Assembly: GCA_947053645.1 (NCBI GenBank)
Contig: CAMRTM010000003.1
Coordinates: forward strand, 16,232 to 80,231
Direction of reading: 5' to 3'
DNA: 64,000 bases
Source of the DNA: an uncultured Bacillota bacterium
GTDB lineage: Bacteria > Bacillota > Clostridia > Christensenellales > UBA1242
The notes below the pieces were generated by a model that ran no database searches, was not told the origin of the DNA, and saw only the letters and a program-made list of their open reading frames with translations. The translations under genes were made by a program, and so were the position numbers. This document shows positions 20,991-30,833 of this stretch, in pieces. Every line of letters begins with the position of its first letter. Within the stretch, counting starts at the first letter, position 1.

Positions 20991-21614
20991 CTAATGTAAA
21001 GATTTCACATAAATAGTGAAAGAGAAATTTGTCTGTTCGTGAAAAAAAGTAATATTGCCTTCATCTCCGTATTTCAAATAATAAAACTTTATCTCTTGTT
21101 TCAAACTGGTGCAAGAAGATGCGAATTTTAAGTTGTCTAAATTTTGCAGTTCTCCCTTGCTATCAAAAATAACGAGTTCAAATCCAATATCGCCAGTTAA
21201 AAAGATTGTGTTGTCAGTAAAGTATCCACCAGATTTTACGATAATATCAAATTGATAATTTTCCATTGGCGTGTCAAGGACTGTGATTGTGGCGCCGCAG
21301 TAAGATACCTGTTTTCCCAAAGTTGCCGACCCGCGAATTGAAGTAACGCCCGCTTTTAACGCAACAATTTTGTTGTCTTGAATTGCAGCAATACTGCTAT
21401 CAGCAACCGAAAAAAATACTTCAGCATTTGCATAATTAACATCATATTTTATATAATCACTTTCTCCCACAGTTAAGACAATGTCATATATTTCAAAAGA
21501 TAATTGTTCTTCCAAAGGTGTGGAAAATATTAAAAAGAAAAGCACAGAAAAAACGCTTACAAAAAAACAAATAAGCGTTGAAAGCAACATATTAAAGTTT
21601 CGGGTGAAACACAT
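20991..21614 (-). CDS. Membrane-anchored protein with bacterial Ig-like (Big_2-type) domain
   Basis: N-terminal TM, then ..SVADSSIAAIQDNKIVALKAGVTSIRGSA.., typical of Big_2. Start uncertain (an internal Met 8 codons further in is possible). Confidence 0.5.
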   Translation of the reverse strand: MCFTRNFNMLLSTLICFFVSVFSVLFFLIFSTPLEEQLSFEIYDIVLTVGESDYIKYDVNYANAEVFFSVADSSIAAIQDNKIVALKAGVTSIRGSATLGKQVSYCGATITVLDTPMENYQFDIIVKSGGYFTDNTIFLTGDIGFELVIFDSKGELQNLDNLKFASSCTSLKQEIKFYYLKYGDEGNITFFHEQTNFSFTIYVKSLH

Positions 21615-21720
21615 GTGTCTATTTTAGTCGAAAAATGTCTATTTGTAAATCATAAAACTGCCATAAACGGCAATTTTGGCAAGATAAATCTTTAAAAATT
21701 GAAAATTTTTCAAATTTTTA

Positions 21721-21749
21721 TTGACTTATTAACTTAAATTATTTATACT
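21721..21749 (+). promoter_or_regulatory. Sigma-A type promoter for tRNA gene
   Basis: TTGACT, 17 nt, TATACT, ending 10 nt before the tRNA 5' end. Confidence 0.65.
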
Positions 21750-21759
21750 TTTAAAGCAT

Positions 21760-21836
21760 GGCAGCTTAGCTCAGCTGGCTAGAGCGCATGATTCATACTC
21801 ATGAGGTCACTGGTTCGATCCCAGTAGCTGCTACCA
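21760..21836 (+). tRNA. tRNA with CAT anticodon (Met, or Ile2 if lysidine-modified), CCA encoded
   Basis: The 77-nt sequence folds by hand as a cloverleaf: acceptor GGCAGCT/AGCTGCT, D arm GCTC..GAGC, anticodon stem CATGA/TCATG with loop TTCATAC, T arm ACTGG-TTCGATC-CCAGT. Confidence 0.85.
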
Positions 21837-21840
21837 ATAG

Positions 21841-21863
21841 AAAAGACGCAAGTCTTTTTTTTT
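21841..21863 (+). terminator. Intrinsic terminator after tRNA
   Basis: aaaagac-gcaa-gtctttt followed by a T run. Confidence 0.75.
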
Positions 21864-21943
21864 ATTTAAAAATAAAAGTACCGATTTGGTACTCGTGAAA
21901 AATATTTTTAAATTTTGTGATATTTTGGTTGCGAGGAGGTAAT

Positions 21944-22204
21944 ATGGAAAACAATTTCGCATCGCGACTAAAATTATTATTAGAGGAAAACAATTTGTCG
22001 CCAAAGGAACTGTCAATTAAAATAAAGCTTGATGTAAGACAGATTAAAAAATATTTAACTGACAAAGTAGATGTGCGAGGGGACACATTAATAAAACTAG
22101 TAAAGTATTTTAATGTGAGTTTAGATTTTCTGCTTGGACTATCTGATGACAGAAGTAGAAAGCATAAAAATAATGATAAAGTCTTTCACAAAATCGAAAA
22201 ATAA
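21944..22204 (+). CDS. XRE-family helix-turn-helix protein
   Basis: MENNFASRLKLLLEENNLSPKELS.. HTH_3-like pattern. ATG at 21944 has GAGGAGG upstream. Confidence 0.7.
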   Translation: MENNFASRLKLLLEENNLSPKELSIKIKLDVRQIKKYLTDKVDVRGDTLIKLVKYFNVSLDFLLGLSDDRSRKHKNNDKVFHKIEK

Positions 22205-22219
22205 TTCTTATAATTTACT

Positions 22220-23212
22220 ATGAATTATTTTAATAAGCGTATCATTTCGTCTGAAAAGATTTTAGAGAATTTAAGCATTTTTAAATCAAAAAAAATTTGT
22301 GCAATGGTAAAAGGTAATGCATATGGTTTTGATGTGGGGGAGATAGTTAGATTGATATCTCCACATGTCGACTTTTTTGGTGTTGCCAATGTGGAAGAGG
22401 CACTTGAAGTAAGGGAGATTGACTCTAAAAAAAAGATACTTGTTGTTGGTAAAAATTATGACCCATATATTTGTAAGGATTACAATATTTCTTATGCAGT
22501 GACAAATGTAACAGATGCTCTCTATGCACCAAAAGGCGGAAATGTGCATCTTAAAATTGATAGTGGCATGCATAGACTTGGGTTTGATAGTACCGATGAC
22601 TTTTTAAATGCAATTTCAATCCTGCGTGATAAAGAAGTCAATATTGAAGGGGTGTATACACATTTTTGCACACTTGATTGTGACGATGATTATTTTCAGC
22701 ATCAATATACTGTGTTTAAAAATTATCTAAAATTAATTCCTCAAGATTTAAACCCTATCATTCATATTGGTGGGAGTTGGGCGCTAGCAAAAGAAGTGCC
22801 AGAGGCCAGCATGATAAGAATCGGCAAGGGCATTTATCATGGAGCCATGAGAATTGAAAGTAGGATCATAAGGGTAATGAATATAGAAAAAGGCGACCGC
22901 GTGGGCTACGCTAATGGCTTTATTGCAGATAGGAAGATGAAGGTGGCGATTGTGCCAGTGGGTTATGCAGATGGGCTTAAACGCATGCTTGCAAACAACT
23001 ATGATGTTATAATTTCAGATAAGAAGTGTCGAATCCTTGGCAACATTTGCATGGATATGTTTGCTGTAGATATTTCTAAAGTGAATGCAAAGGAAGGAAG
23101 TGTAGTTACCGTGCTTTATGATGAAGCATCGCTTGCACAAAAGTTGCAATCTTCTTCATACGAGGTTACAACAAATTTCAATCATTTGCGAGGGAAAACC
23201 ATAATAATATAG
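22220..23212 (+). CDS. alr: Alanine racemase (short form)
   Basis: PLP-lysine context AMVKGNAYGFD, ..HLKIDSGMHRLG.., ..VGYADG.. motifs. Confidence 0.8.
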   Translation: MNYFNKRIISSEKILENLSIFKSKKICAMVKGNAYGFDVGEIVRLISPHVDFFGVANVEEALEVREIDSKKKILVVGKNYDPYICKDYNISYAVTNVTDALYAPKGGNVHLKIDSGMHRLGFDSTDDFLNAISILRDKEVNIEGVYTHFCTLDCDDDYFQHQYTVFKNYLKLIPQDLNPIIHIGGSWALAKEVPEASMIRIGKGIYHGAMRIESRIIRVMNIEKGDRVGYANGFIADRKMKVAIVPVGYADGLKRMLANNYDVIISDKKCRILGNICMDMFAVDISKVNAKEGSVVTVLYDEASLAQKLQSSSYEVTTNFNHLRGKTIII

Positions 23213-23281
23213 GACAGACACCTTATTATTTTATTTTGCAAAATCAAGGTTTTGTTGTATACTCTTGTAAAGGAGATTGTT

Positions 23282-23704
23282 ATGTTATACGAAGAAATCA
23301 AAAAAGCAAATGTACAAGCCATGAAAGATAAAGACGCGGTAGCACGCAGTATTTACAGTGTTGTCCTCAACAAACTCATGCTTGAAAATATCAAGAAAAG
23401 AGAGAAGGGTGAGGAACTTTCAGACGCTGATGTTTCAAACATCTTGCAAAAAACAATTAAGGAACTCGCAGAAGAAGCAGAGAATTATACCAAAGCGGGC
23501 AACGCTGAAGAAAGCGATAAAATAAAAATCCAAATCAAGATAGTAGAAAAATATCTTCCTAAAATGCTTTCCAAGGAAGAAATCAAAGATATTATACTTG
23601 CTCTACCAGACAAAACTATACCATTTGTTATGAAGCATTTTAAAACCAATTACAATGGCAAATGTGATATGCGTCTTGTTCAAGAAGTGTTAAGGACAAT
23701 CTAA
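23282..23704 (+). CDS. GatB/YqeY domain protein
   Basis: MLYEEIKKANVQAMKDKD..RS.. and ..YLPKMLSKEEI.. typical of YqeY. AAGGAG RBS before the 23282 ATG. Confidence 0.8.
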   Translation: MLYEEIKKANVQAMKDKDAVARSIYSVVLNKLMLENIKKREKGEELSDADVSNILQKTIKELAEEAENYTKAGNAEESDKIKIQIKIVEKYLPKMLSKEEIKDIILALPDKTIPFVMKHFKTNYNGKCDMRLVQEVLRTI

Positions 23705-24394
23705 ATGAAGGTTTTCGCAATTAGTGATCTTCATCTTTCAATAAACAACCCAAAACCTATGGACATTTTTGGTCCTGCTTGGGACAACTATGTAGAGAAT
23801 ATTATTGAAGATTGGAAAAGTAAGGTAAGTGAAGATGACCTCGTACTTATGGCGGGGGATTTTTCATGGGCTATGATGCTTAATGATACCCGAAAAGACT
23901 TCGACCTTTTAAAAGATTTGAAAGGTAAAAAGATAATCATAAGAGGGAATCATGATTACTGGTGGAAAAGTATTTCTGCTGTTCGTCAGTTTTTACCAGA
24001 GGGATTTTATGCAATTCAAAACGACGCAATAAAATTTGGCAATATCATTGTGTGCGGAACTCGAGGGTGGACATTTCCAAATGGCGATGCTAGTGAAGAG
24101 AAGGTGTTTAATCGCGAGGTAATAAGGCTGGAACTTACCCTAAAACAGGCTCTTGCCATGAAGGAAGAAGGCGATAAAATTATTTGCATGATGCACTACC
24201 CACCAGTAAACACTAAACGCGAGGACAGTGAGTTTTCAAAACTTCTAAAAGGTTATGGTGTGGATGCGGTAGTCTTTGGACATCTGCATGGTTACAAAAC
24301 CGTACAATTAAAATTTTTCAAAGATGACATTCCATACTACCTCACTTCATGTGACCTTGTAGGGAATAAACTTATTAATATAAGTGAGGTTTAG
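23705..24394 (+). CDS. Metallophosphoesterase
   Basis: ISDLHLS, GDFSW, GNHDYW, HYPP, GHLH motifs of calcineurin-like phosphoesterases. Confidence 0.8.
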   Translation: MKVFAISDLHLSINNPKPMDIFGPAWDNYVENIIEDWKSKVSEDDLVLMAGDFSWAMMLNDTRKDFDLLKDLKGKKIIIRGNHDYWWKSISAVRQFLPEGFYAIQNDAIKFGNIIVCGTRGWTFPNGDASEEKVFNREVIRLELTLKQALAMKEEGDKIICMMHYPPVNTKREDSEFSKLLKGYGVDAVVFGHLHGYKTVQLKFFKDDIPYYLTSCDLVGNKLINISEV

Positions 24395-24487
24395 TCCTTT
24401 TTATAAAGGGTAATAATACTTTAAACTAATTGACAAATCAACTTTATTATAGTAAACTTAGTAAATCTAAAATTTAGCGGAGAGAAT

Positions 24488-25843
24488 ATGCGAAAAAAAT
24501 TACTTAAAATGCTTAGTTTCGTGTTTGTGGTAGCAGTCTTGCTCACAGGTTGTGCGACAGTAAGCAATATAAAAAATAATGAAACAGACTTGATTTTTAA
24601 TGGTGGAAATGTAGTCAAGGTAGGTGACTATGTTTATTTTGCAAATGGCTATACCGAAGTGGGAGATAAAAGCAAGGATTTTGATTATGACGAAAATGTG
24701 AAAATTTCTTACATGAATAGAGTGAATTTAAATGGTGGATTTAGCACTTCAAGTGAAAGTCCAAAAGACACTGAAAAAGTAAACTCCCGTGTTGTAGGCT
24801 TTGAAAGCGAATATATGTTTGTCCTTGGAGATTATATTTACTTTTCCACTGTAAACACTCATAAGAATAAGCAAGTTGAAAATGAATATACTCTTGTTTC
24901 TTATTTCCGTTCCCGTCTTAATGGCGACGAACTTACTGAAATCTATACAACACCTTCATACAATTCTTCCACTGCAATAACAAGAGTGCTTAAAGGCAGT
25001 GATGATAATTACCATTTAGTTATCTTTGATGGCACTAATCTTAATTCCTTCTCGATAGGCAATAGAATAGGAAAGCGTCAGGAACTTGCAAAGAATGTTA
25101 CAAGCATTGCTATGCCAAGAGAAAAAGATGAATTTGAATACAAGAAAATTCTGTATACAGTAAAAAAAGAGGGAAGTTCTTCTGACACAGAGGTTTATAG
25201 TGTAGACTATGCTACAAATCAAAAGGAAAAAGCAACTTCAATTTCAGCAAGTACAAAATTTATTGATAGACAAGGCGATATGGTGCTTTACACAAACGGC
25301 GATGCCGCAGCACAAGCATATTATAAATATCTTCGAAACGATATAAGTATAGTTTTGGACGGAAGCGAGGCGTTTTATAGACTACCTGATATCACAAAAA
25401 TCCAAAAAGTATGCGATAAGGACGCTGATAAAGAAGGGTATGTTTTCCTTGGCAAAAGCGGCTCAATTATGTATAAAAATATGGTAAGGGTGGGAGAGCA
25501 AGCGACAATCCTTCTTGACAAAAGTGAAACCGATTTTTCAAATATGCTGTTTGTAGAAGGCGATTGGGTTTACTATTCTACTACTAAAGGCATTTATAGA
25601 ATAAGTGCAAGAGATAAATCAAAACAAACTATTGTTGAAATGCAAAATGAAATACAACCAAGCACATGTTCTTATGTTGACAACTATATTTACTACTACG
25701 CAAAACTTGAACCGGTAGATAGTGAAGTTGACGACAAAGAATATGAAGAAGACAACAATTACTATGCCTATAGAGTGGATTTAAGCGGACAAGGCAATTA
25801 CCAAATACTATCAAACTTCAAAAGAGTAGAGAAAAAGGCGTAA
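24488..25843 (+). CDS. Lipoprotein with repeated DUF5050-like beta-propeller motifs
   Basis: Lipobox LLTGC. Recurrent GDYVYF / GDYIYF / GDWVYY / DNYIYYY repeats. Confidence 0.55.
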   Translation: MRKKLLKMLSFVFVVAVLLTGCATVSNIKNNETDLIFNGGNVVKVGDYVYFANGYTEVGDKSKDFDYDENVKISYMNRVNLNGGFSTSSESPKDTEKVNSRVVGFESEYMFVLGDYIYFSTVNTHKNKQVENEYTLVSYFRSRLNGDELTEIYTTPSYNSSTAITRVLKGSDDNYHLVIFDGTNLNSFSIGNRIGKRQELAKNVTSIAMPREKDEFEYKKILYTVKKEGSSSDTEVYSVDYATNQKEKATSISASTKFIDRQGDMVLYTNGDAAAQAYYKYLRNDISIVLDGSEAFYRLPDITKIQKVCDKDADKEGYVFLGKSGSIMYKNMVRVGEQATILLDKSETDFSNMLFVEGDWVYYSTTKGIYRISARDKSKQTIVEMQNEIQPSTCSYVDNYIYYYAKLEPVDSEVDDKEYEEDNNYYAYRVDLSGQGNYQILSNFKRVEKKA

Positions 25844-26018
25844 TTAAACAAAAAAATTTAATAATCCGACGGCATTATTGTAATGCTACAAGAGGTGACA
25901 AAAACTATCATAATTCGCGGTTTAACGACTGCCATTATGATTTTTTTTGATATAATTTTGTGTTATCTTTGTATTGTTTCAATTTTTAAGTTGAAAGATG
26001 ATATATAAAGGAGCAGTT

Positions 26019-26762
26019 ATGGAACAGTCAAAATTAAAAATCTATTTAGCAGATACCGAAGATAATGCACTTTCAGATTATTTTAAAAATAGCGAAAAGT
26101 TTTCAGTAGTAGGCAAAAGCACAGACGGCGTTGAAGTTGCACGCGATGTAAAACTTTTAAAACCGGACTTTCTTATCATGGAAGTAATGCTTTCTGGTAT
26201 GGACGGTTTTATGGTAATGGAAAACCTTAAAAAAGAAATGAAAGAAAAAATGCCAAAGATTATATTTATTTCCAATCTTTCTCACAGTGGTTTCGTTTCA
26301 AAGGCTATTAAAGAAGGTGCTAGTTATTTCATGGTAAAACCAGTTCTTCCTGAAAACCTTGAACAAAGACTTAAAGACCTTATGCATTCAAAAGGCAATA
26401 GCCAAGATAGAGGAGAAAGAGGGCTGGATGAAAAAATTTCAAACATCTTTATAAGTATTGGAATACCAGCGCACATCAAGGGCTATCAATTTTTAAGAGA
26501 AGCGGTAAAACTTGCGGTGGAAGAGCCTGAAATAATTGGTTCAATTACAAAGAAACTCTACCCAACGATTGCCGAAAGATTTGATACAAGTTCCTCCAAA
26601 GTTGAAAGGGGTATGCGCCATGCAATAGAGGTTGCTTGGAATAGGGGTAAGATAGAAAATATAAATTCACTTTTTGGACTTAAAATTTATAATAGTAATG
26701 AAAAACCTACCAATGGTGAACTCATTGCCCTTATTGCTGATAAAATGATTATGGAAGGTTAA
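26019..26762 (+). CDS. spo0A: Sporulation transcription factor Spo0A (atypical receiver: Glu at phospho-acceptor position)
   Basis: C-terminal IGIPAHIKGYQFLREA..SITKKLYPTIAERF..SKVERGMRHAIEVAWNRG is the Spo0A effector signature. In the receiver, KPDFLIMEVMLSGMDG aligns gap-free with B. subtilis DPDVLVLDIIMPHLDG. Confidence 0.9.
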   Translation: MEQSKLKIYLADTEDNALSDYFKNSEKFSVVGKSTDGVEVARDVKLLKPDFLIMEVMLSGMDGFMVMENLKKEMKEKMPKIIFISNLSHSGFVSKAIKEGASYFMVKPVLPENLEQRLKDLMHSKGNSQDRGERGLDEKISNIFISIGIPAHIKGYQFLREAVKLAVEEPEIIGSITKKLYPTIAERFDTSSSKVERGMRHAIEVAWNRGKIENINSLFGLKIYNSNEKPTNGELIALIADKMIMEG

Positions 26763-26801
26763 ACTCTTGCTTTTTCTCTAACTTTTTATTATTATATACC
26801 T

Positions 26802-27140
26802 ATGTTAAAATTTATAAATTTAAAGGAGTGTAGTCCTACTGTTGACTATGCACTTGCGGTGGTAGAGATAGAAATTGAAAATGCTAAGGCGGAGGGCGTA
26901 ACTTGTATAAAGGTTCTCCACGGCTATGGCTCCCATGGTAAGGGCGGAATAATACTAGTGGAACTTAGAAAGAGATTAAGAAATCTACTTAAACAAAATA
27001 AGATAAGTGATTATTTTGGCGGCGATGAGTGGAATATCTTTTCACCCCGCACCATGGCGATACTTAATGCCGATAAATCAATCGCAGGAGATGAGGATTT
27101 AAATAGGGCAAACTCAGGAATTACCATAATAAAAATATAA
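26802..27140 (+). CDS. Smr domain protein
   Basis: ..IKVLHGYGSHGKGG.. Smr/MutS2 C-terminal-like motif. Confidence 0.6.
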   Translation: MLKFINLKECSPTVDYALAVVEIEIENAKAEGVTCIKVLHGYGSHGKGGIILVELRKRLRNLLKQNKISDYFGGDEWNIFSPRTMAILNADKSIAGDEDLNRANSGITIIKI

Positions 27141-27197
27141 CAAGGTCGATGCCTTGTTTTTATTTGCAATAAAAATAAAATACGATATAATAAAACT

Positions 27198-28034
27198 ATG
27201 ATATGTACGCAGTGTCCTCGCCTTTGCCAAATTGATAGAAAGGTAAGCAAAGGTTATTGCTTGGAAAAAGATAAAATAAGAGTGGCGAAAGTAATAGAAA
27301 ATTTTATGTGGGAAGAGCCTTGCATCAGTGGAAAGAATGGGGCGCTTGCCATCTTCTTTTCTGGATGCAATTTAAGATGTGAGTTTTGTCAAAATTATGA
27401 GATATCTCATATTGGAAAGGGGAAAGAATATAGCCCAGACGAATTTAGAAATTTTATTTTAAGTTTTGATTTAAATAAATTTGACTCTATCGACCTTATA
27501 ACACCTTCGCAATTTTCTCTTCAAATAATCGATGCATTAAAAGGAATAAAGTTTCCAATTCCTATCGTTTGGAATAGTAATTGTTATGAAAGAGTAGAGG
27601 TTATACAAAAACTTTGCAAAGTAATTGATGTGTTTTTAGTTGACTTCAAATTTTATGACAGCAGTCTATCGCAAGAACTATGCGGTGCTAAGGACTATTT
27701 TGAAGTTGCCTCTAAAGCACTCGAAGTCATGTCAAAAAATAAAACAAGAGTAATGGAAAACGGTATCATGAAGCAGGGAGTGTTAATCAGACATTTGATT
27801 TTGCCAGACCATGTGAAAGACAGCATTGAAGTTTTAAAATATATAAAAGAAAAGATTGAAAATCCTTTTGTAAGTATAATGAGCCAGTTCACACCTTGCA
27901 AAGGAAGGCTTAAAAGAAAACTCACACCTTTAGAGATTAAGACAGTTCTTAGTTTTGCACAGAGGATAGGTTTAAGTGAGGGTTACTATCAAGATGACGC
28001 AAGCGCAAACGACTCTTTTATTCCAAAATTTTAG
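27198..28034 (+). CDS. Radical SAM protein (PflA-like activase family)
   Basis: CNLRCEFCQN CxxxCxxC cluster motif, ~280 aa. Confidence 0.75.
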   Translation: MICTQCPRLCQIDRKVSKGYCLEKDKIRVAKVIENFMWEEPCISGKNGALAIFFSGCNLRCEFCQNYEISHIGKGKEYSPDEFRNFILSFDLNKFDSIDLITPSQFSLQIIDALKGIKFPIPIVWNSNCYERVEVIQKLCKVIDVFLVDFKFYDSSLSQELCGAKDYFEVASKALEVMSKNKTRVMENGIMKQGVLIRHLILPDHVKDSIEVLKYIKEKIENPFVSIMSQFTPCKGRLKRKLTPLEIKTVLSFAQRIGLSEGYYQDDASANDSFIPKF

Positions 28035-28089
28035 CGAATAATTTGACATTATAAATTTAACCTAGTAAAATAAAGATGAGGATAAAGCA

Positions 28090-28392
28090 ATGGATATTTA
28101 TAGTAGAAAACTTAAAAAGACGGTTGTAAAGACAAGGCTGGTGGGGCTTCTTAGTGCTATACTTGGTGTTGCTTGTATATTTTTTTACTATTTTAAAATT
28201 TTAGATCCATGGATATGCATAATTACCTTAAGTTATGCCATGGCAGTTTGCTTTACTTTAAATGCCACCTATCAGGAAATTTTTAATGGCAAAAAAATAA
28301 GCAAAATAAATTTAGCCTTTGCAATAATATTTTTCATATTGACAATAGGGATTATAATATTTGCTTTTGTTTCAGGAAATATTAGATTTTAA
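28090..28392 (+). CDS. Small three-TM membrane protein
   Basis: 100 aa, three hydrophobic segments, GAGGA RBS. Confidence 0.45.
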   Translation: MDIYSRKLKKTVVKTRLVGLLSAILGVACIFFYYFKILDPWICIITLSYAMAVCFTLNATYQEIFNGKKISKINLAFAIIFFILTIGIIIFAFVSGNIRF

Positions 28393-28393
28393 T

Positions 28394-28418
28394 AAAAAAC
28401 GGGAATTCCCCGTTTTTT
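28394..28418. terminator. Bidirectional hairpin terminator
   Basis: aaaaaacggg-aattc-cccgtttttt palindrome between convergent genes. Confidence 0.7.
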
Positions 28419-29628
28419 ATTTTTCTCCCTCAATTCTGTATACAAAGTGGGAAGTATTTCCTTTGTCTCTTGTAAAGGAAATCGCACCTGTTGTCAAGTT
28501 TGCTTCAAACCATCCCAGTTGATTGACAACAAATCTATTTTTTGCAGGAGTTATGTTTACCTTCATATTAATTATTCTATTCGATCCAACAGACACCGCC
28601 ATAAGATTGCCTTCCGCGTACCTACGCTTATCAAGATGAATAACCGTATAGGCATCATTCTTGTTAAGCCCAGCATATACATGTACTTTTTTGTAAGAGG
28701 TAAAATCAAAATCGAAGGAATTTCCTCCCACCATACCATTGGTAAAACCACGATTTATAGCGGCATCGGTGCTTGTGTTATCATATATTAAATCCAACTG
28801 CACAGCGCTTCCACCTTGCCCACCGCTGTTTTGTAGATTAGATATTGCGTTGTCTACACTTGTTTTCCATGTATTGAAAATTTGTTTATGTTCATTAAAT
28901 CCATTTTCAAGCGTGCTTACCCTTGTGGAGAGGGAAGAAATTTGACTTGTATGCTCATTAATAGAGGTTTTATTAGAAGAGGCAGTGGTAAGCACTGCTT
29001 GCAACGAGGAAGATAAATCTCCAACAAGAACTATTGTGTCATTAAGTGCATTAGTAATAGTACCTATGTTAGAACTTAGAGTTTGAAGATTATCTTCGCA
29101 ATCCGAAATTTTGCCTTCATGCGCTTGAAGTTGCTCTGTTTGTTGTTGAAGAGTAGGCTTAATATCAGAAAGTTCTTTCTTGCAGTTGTTGATATCAAAT
29201 TCGCAGGCAATAACCCTGTCGTCCATAGCATTGACGCTTTTAAGACAAGCATTGACGGCGGTGTTATTGGCATTTGCCAAATTTTGACAATTTTTAATTT
29301 TTTCTTCATGTGTATCAACTGTTGTACTGATTGCATTTAAGGTTGTTCCGTATTCTGAAATACTAGTCTCTATTGTAGTGAATTTATCCTCATGTTGGTT
29401 TAGTTTTTCATATATGGCACCTAAAGTACTTGTCTGTCCTGTGACGCTATTTTCTAGAGAAGATATCCTGTCGCTATTAGATTTTATATCTGCCTTTATT
29501 CCGTCTAGGTTAGGTGCAACAAGACCACCAAGTGCTTTAAGAATATCTGGTATCGACACCTTGGCTATGTACCATACCTCTTTTTTTAACTGCTCGATAG
29601 CATTGTTAATTTGTTTAATTTCGTTCAT
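28417..29628 (-). CDS. Coiled-coil fiber-like protein with C-terminal globular domain
   Basis: Long heptad-rich stalk with serial S/T/N-rich segments (..ISSLENSV..ISSLSTRVSTLEN..), GGQGG hinge, then a ~130-aa beta-rich C-terminus. ATG at 29628 has AAGGAG upstream. Confidence 0.5.
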   Translation of the reverse strand: MNEIKQINNAIEQLKKEVWYIAKVSIPDILKALGGLVAPNLDGIKADIKSNSDRISSLENSVTGQTSTLGAIYEKLNQHEDKFTTIETSISEYGTTLNAISTTVDTHEEKIKNCQNLANANNTAVNACLKSVNAMDDRVIACEFDINNCKKELSDIKPTLQQQTEQLQAHEGKISDCEDNLQTLSSNIGTITNALNDTIVLVGDLSSSLQAVLTTASSNKTSINEHTSQISSLSTRVSTLENGFNEHKQIFNTWKTSVDNAISNLQNSGGQGGSAVQLDLIYDNTSTDAAINRGFTNGMVGGNSFDFDFTSYKKVHVYAGLNKNDAYTVIHLDKRRYAEGNLMAVSVGSNRIINMKVNITPAKNRFVVNQLGWFEANLTTGAISFTRDKGNTSHFVYRIEGEK

Positions 29629-29680
29629 AATATACTCCTTTTTAAAGGAGTGTAACATGAGATTTTGCAATATGCAATAG

Positions 29681-30268
29681 TTAGTGTCGCTTCTTTTTCT
29701 TCATAAAAAGAAGTAGGAAAATAATTGTCAGGCAAGTTGCAATTACAACAAGACCGGTAATTAGCCCTCCGCTCACGCCGTTTGGAGCAATCTCTTTGGT
29801 GTCCATAAATCCATAGTATAGCGTGCCATCCTCTAGCACGATAGCCACTGCATTCATGCTTTCTTTGCCTGAGAACCCTGCATAAAGATATATTCCCTGT
29901 CCGTTCTTTCCGCGATAGGTGGTAGGCTCTTTGTTCAAATCATAAATAACAGCATTGTCCTTTGTGACCCTACCATTAAAAACAGGATAAACCTCTTGTG
30001 AAGGGGAGTTGTATGTCACATAGTAGCGATATACATAACCTTCAATATTTTTATCTTCCACTTTTACTTTTATAAATTCGGTGCTACCGTCATCTTCTAT
30101 CACACTAAGCGTATCAGTATGCTCAAGTTTTAAAGGGGAGCCTTCAAATTCTATCACCTCTTCAAAACTAGGCGAGGAGTATAGATAACAAAAGTCTGCC
30201 ACAACACTCACTTGCGACCCGCCCAAAGCACTTGTAAATAACATCATCATGCACATTAAAATTTTCAT
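29681..30268 (-). CDS. Secreted protein with C-terminal TM anchor (SH3-like repeats)
   Basis: Signal peptide MKILMCMMMLFTSALG, two ..YVYRY../..YLYAG.. beta-rich modules, C-terminal TM plus KKKKRH. TTGACA-17-GATAAT promoter upstream on the minus strand. Confidence 0.45.
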   Translation of the reverse strand: MKILMCMMMLFTSALGGSQVSVVADFCYLYSSPSFEEVIEFEGSPLKLEHTDTLSVIEDDGSTEFIKVKVEDKNIEGYVYRYYVTYNSPSQEVYPVFNGRVTKDNAVIYDLNKEPTTYRGKNGQGIYLYAGFSGKESMNAVAIVLEDGTLYYGFMDTKEIAPNGVSGGLITGLVVIATCLTIIFLLLFMKKKKRH

Positions 30269-30367
30269 ATTTTAATTATCTTTAAAAACCGAAACTTTGT
30301 CAAGAAAAATCACCGCAACAAAAAAGCATATCAATTGATATGCTTTTTATTTATTGGTTGGTTTTCA

Positions 30368-30823
30368 TTAAGTTTCCTGTAAAAAGTCTGTATTTGTTAC
30401 ATTTTCCCAAATATCGTTTAACAAAATCCCATTTAATTTTGCATTACTAACAAAATCATCTATATCGCTGTAAAGTTGTTTTTCGCCAGTTTGTATGTTT
30501 AGCAAGGCGATTTTATTCTCTATATCATCAAATAAAAGCCCATATCTTGTGTGGTCAAGAGTAAATTCAACTTCTCCATAGTTTCTATAAGCATTGGCAA
30601 AATCATTAAAATTTGCTAAAGTCGCTGATCCGCCATTATTATATTGTTTTATAGCATTGTTTAGAGCCGGAATATTTCTTATTCCCGCGACATTAGGATG
30701 TCGAAACGACTCTTCCGATTGCCTCCATCCACAATTTTCACATTCTCCATTCCCGCTTTTATCTATATCAATCATCATTTTACAAACATCGCATTTAACC
30801 ATTCTCTTAAATTGTTTATTCAT
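30368..30823 (-). CDS. Zn-ribbon protein, possible immunity/antitoxin partner
   Basis: CDVC..14..CENC zinc-ribbon at the N-terminus. Last gene of a 4-gene operon, followed by the hairpin aaaaagcatatc-aatt-gatatgcttttt. Confidence 0.35.
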   Translation of the reverse strand: MNKQFKRMVKCDVCKMMIDIDKSGNGECENCGWRQSEESFRHPNVAGIRNIPALNNAIKQYNNGGSATLANFNDFANAYRNYGEVEFTLDHTRYGLLFDDIENKIALLNIQTGEKQLYSDIDDFVSNAKLNGILLNDIWENVTNTDFLQET

Positions 30824-30833
30824 AATACCTCCT

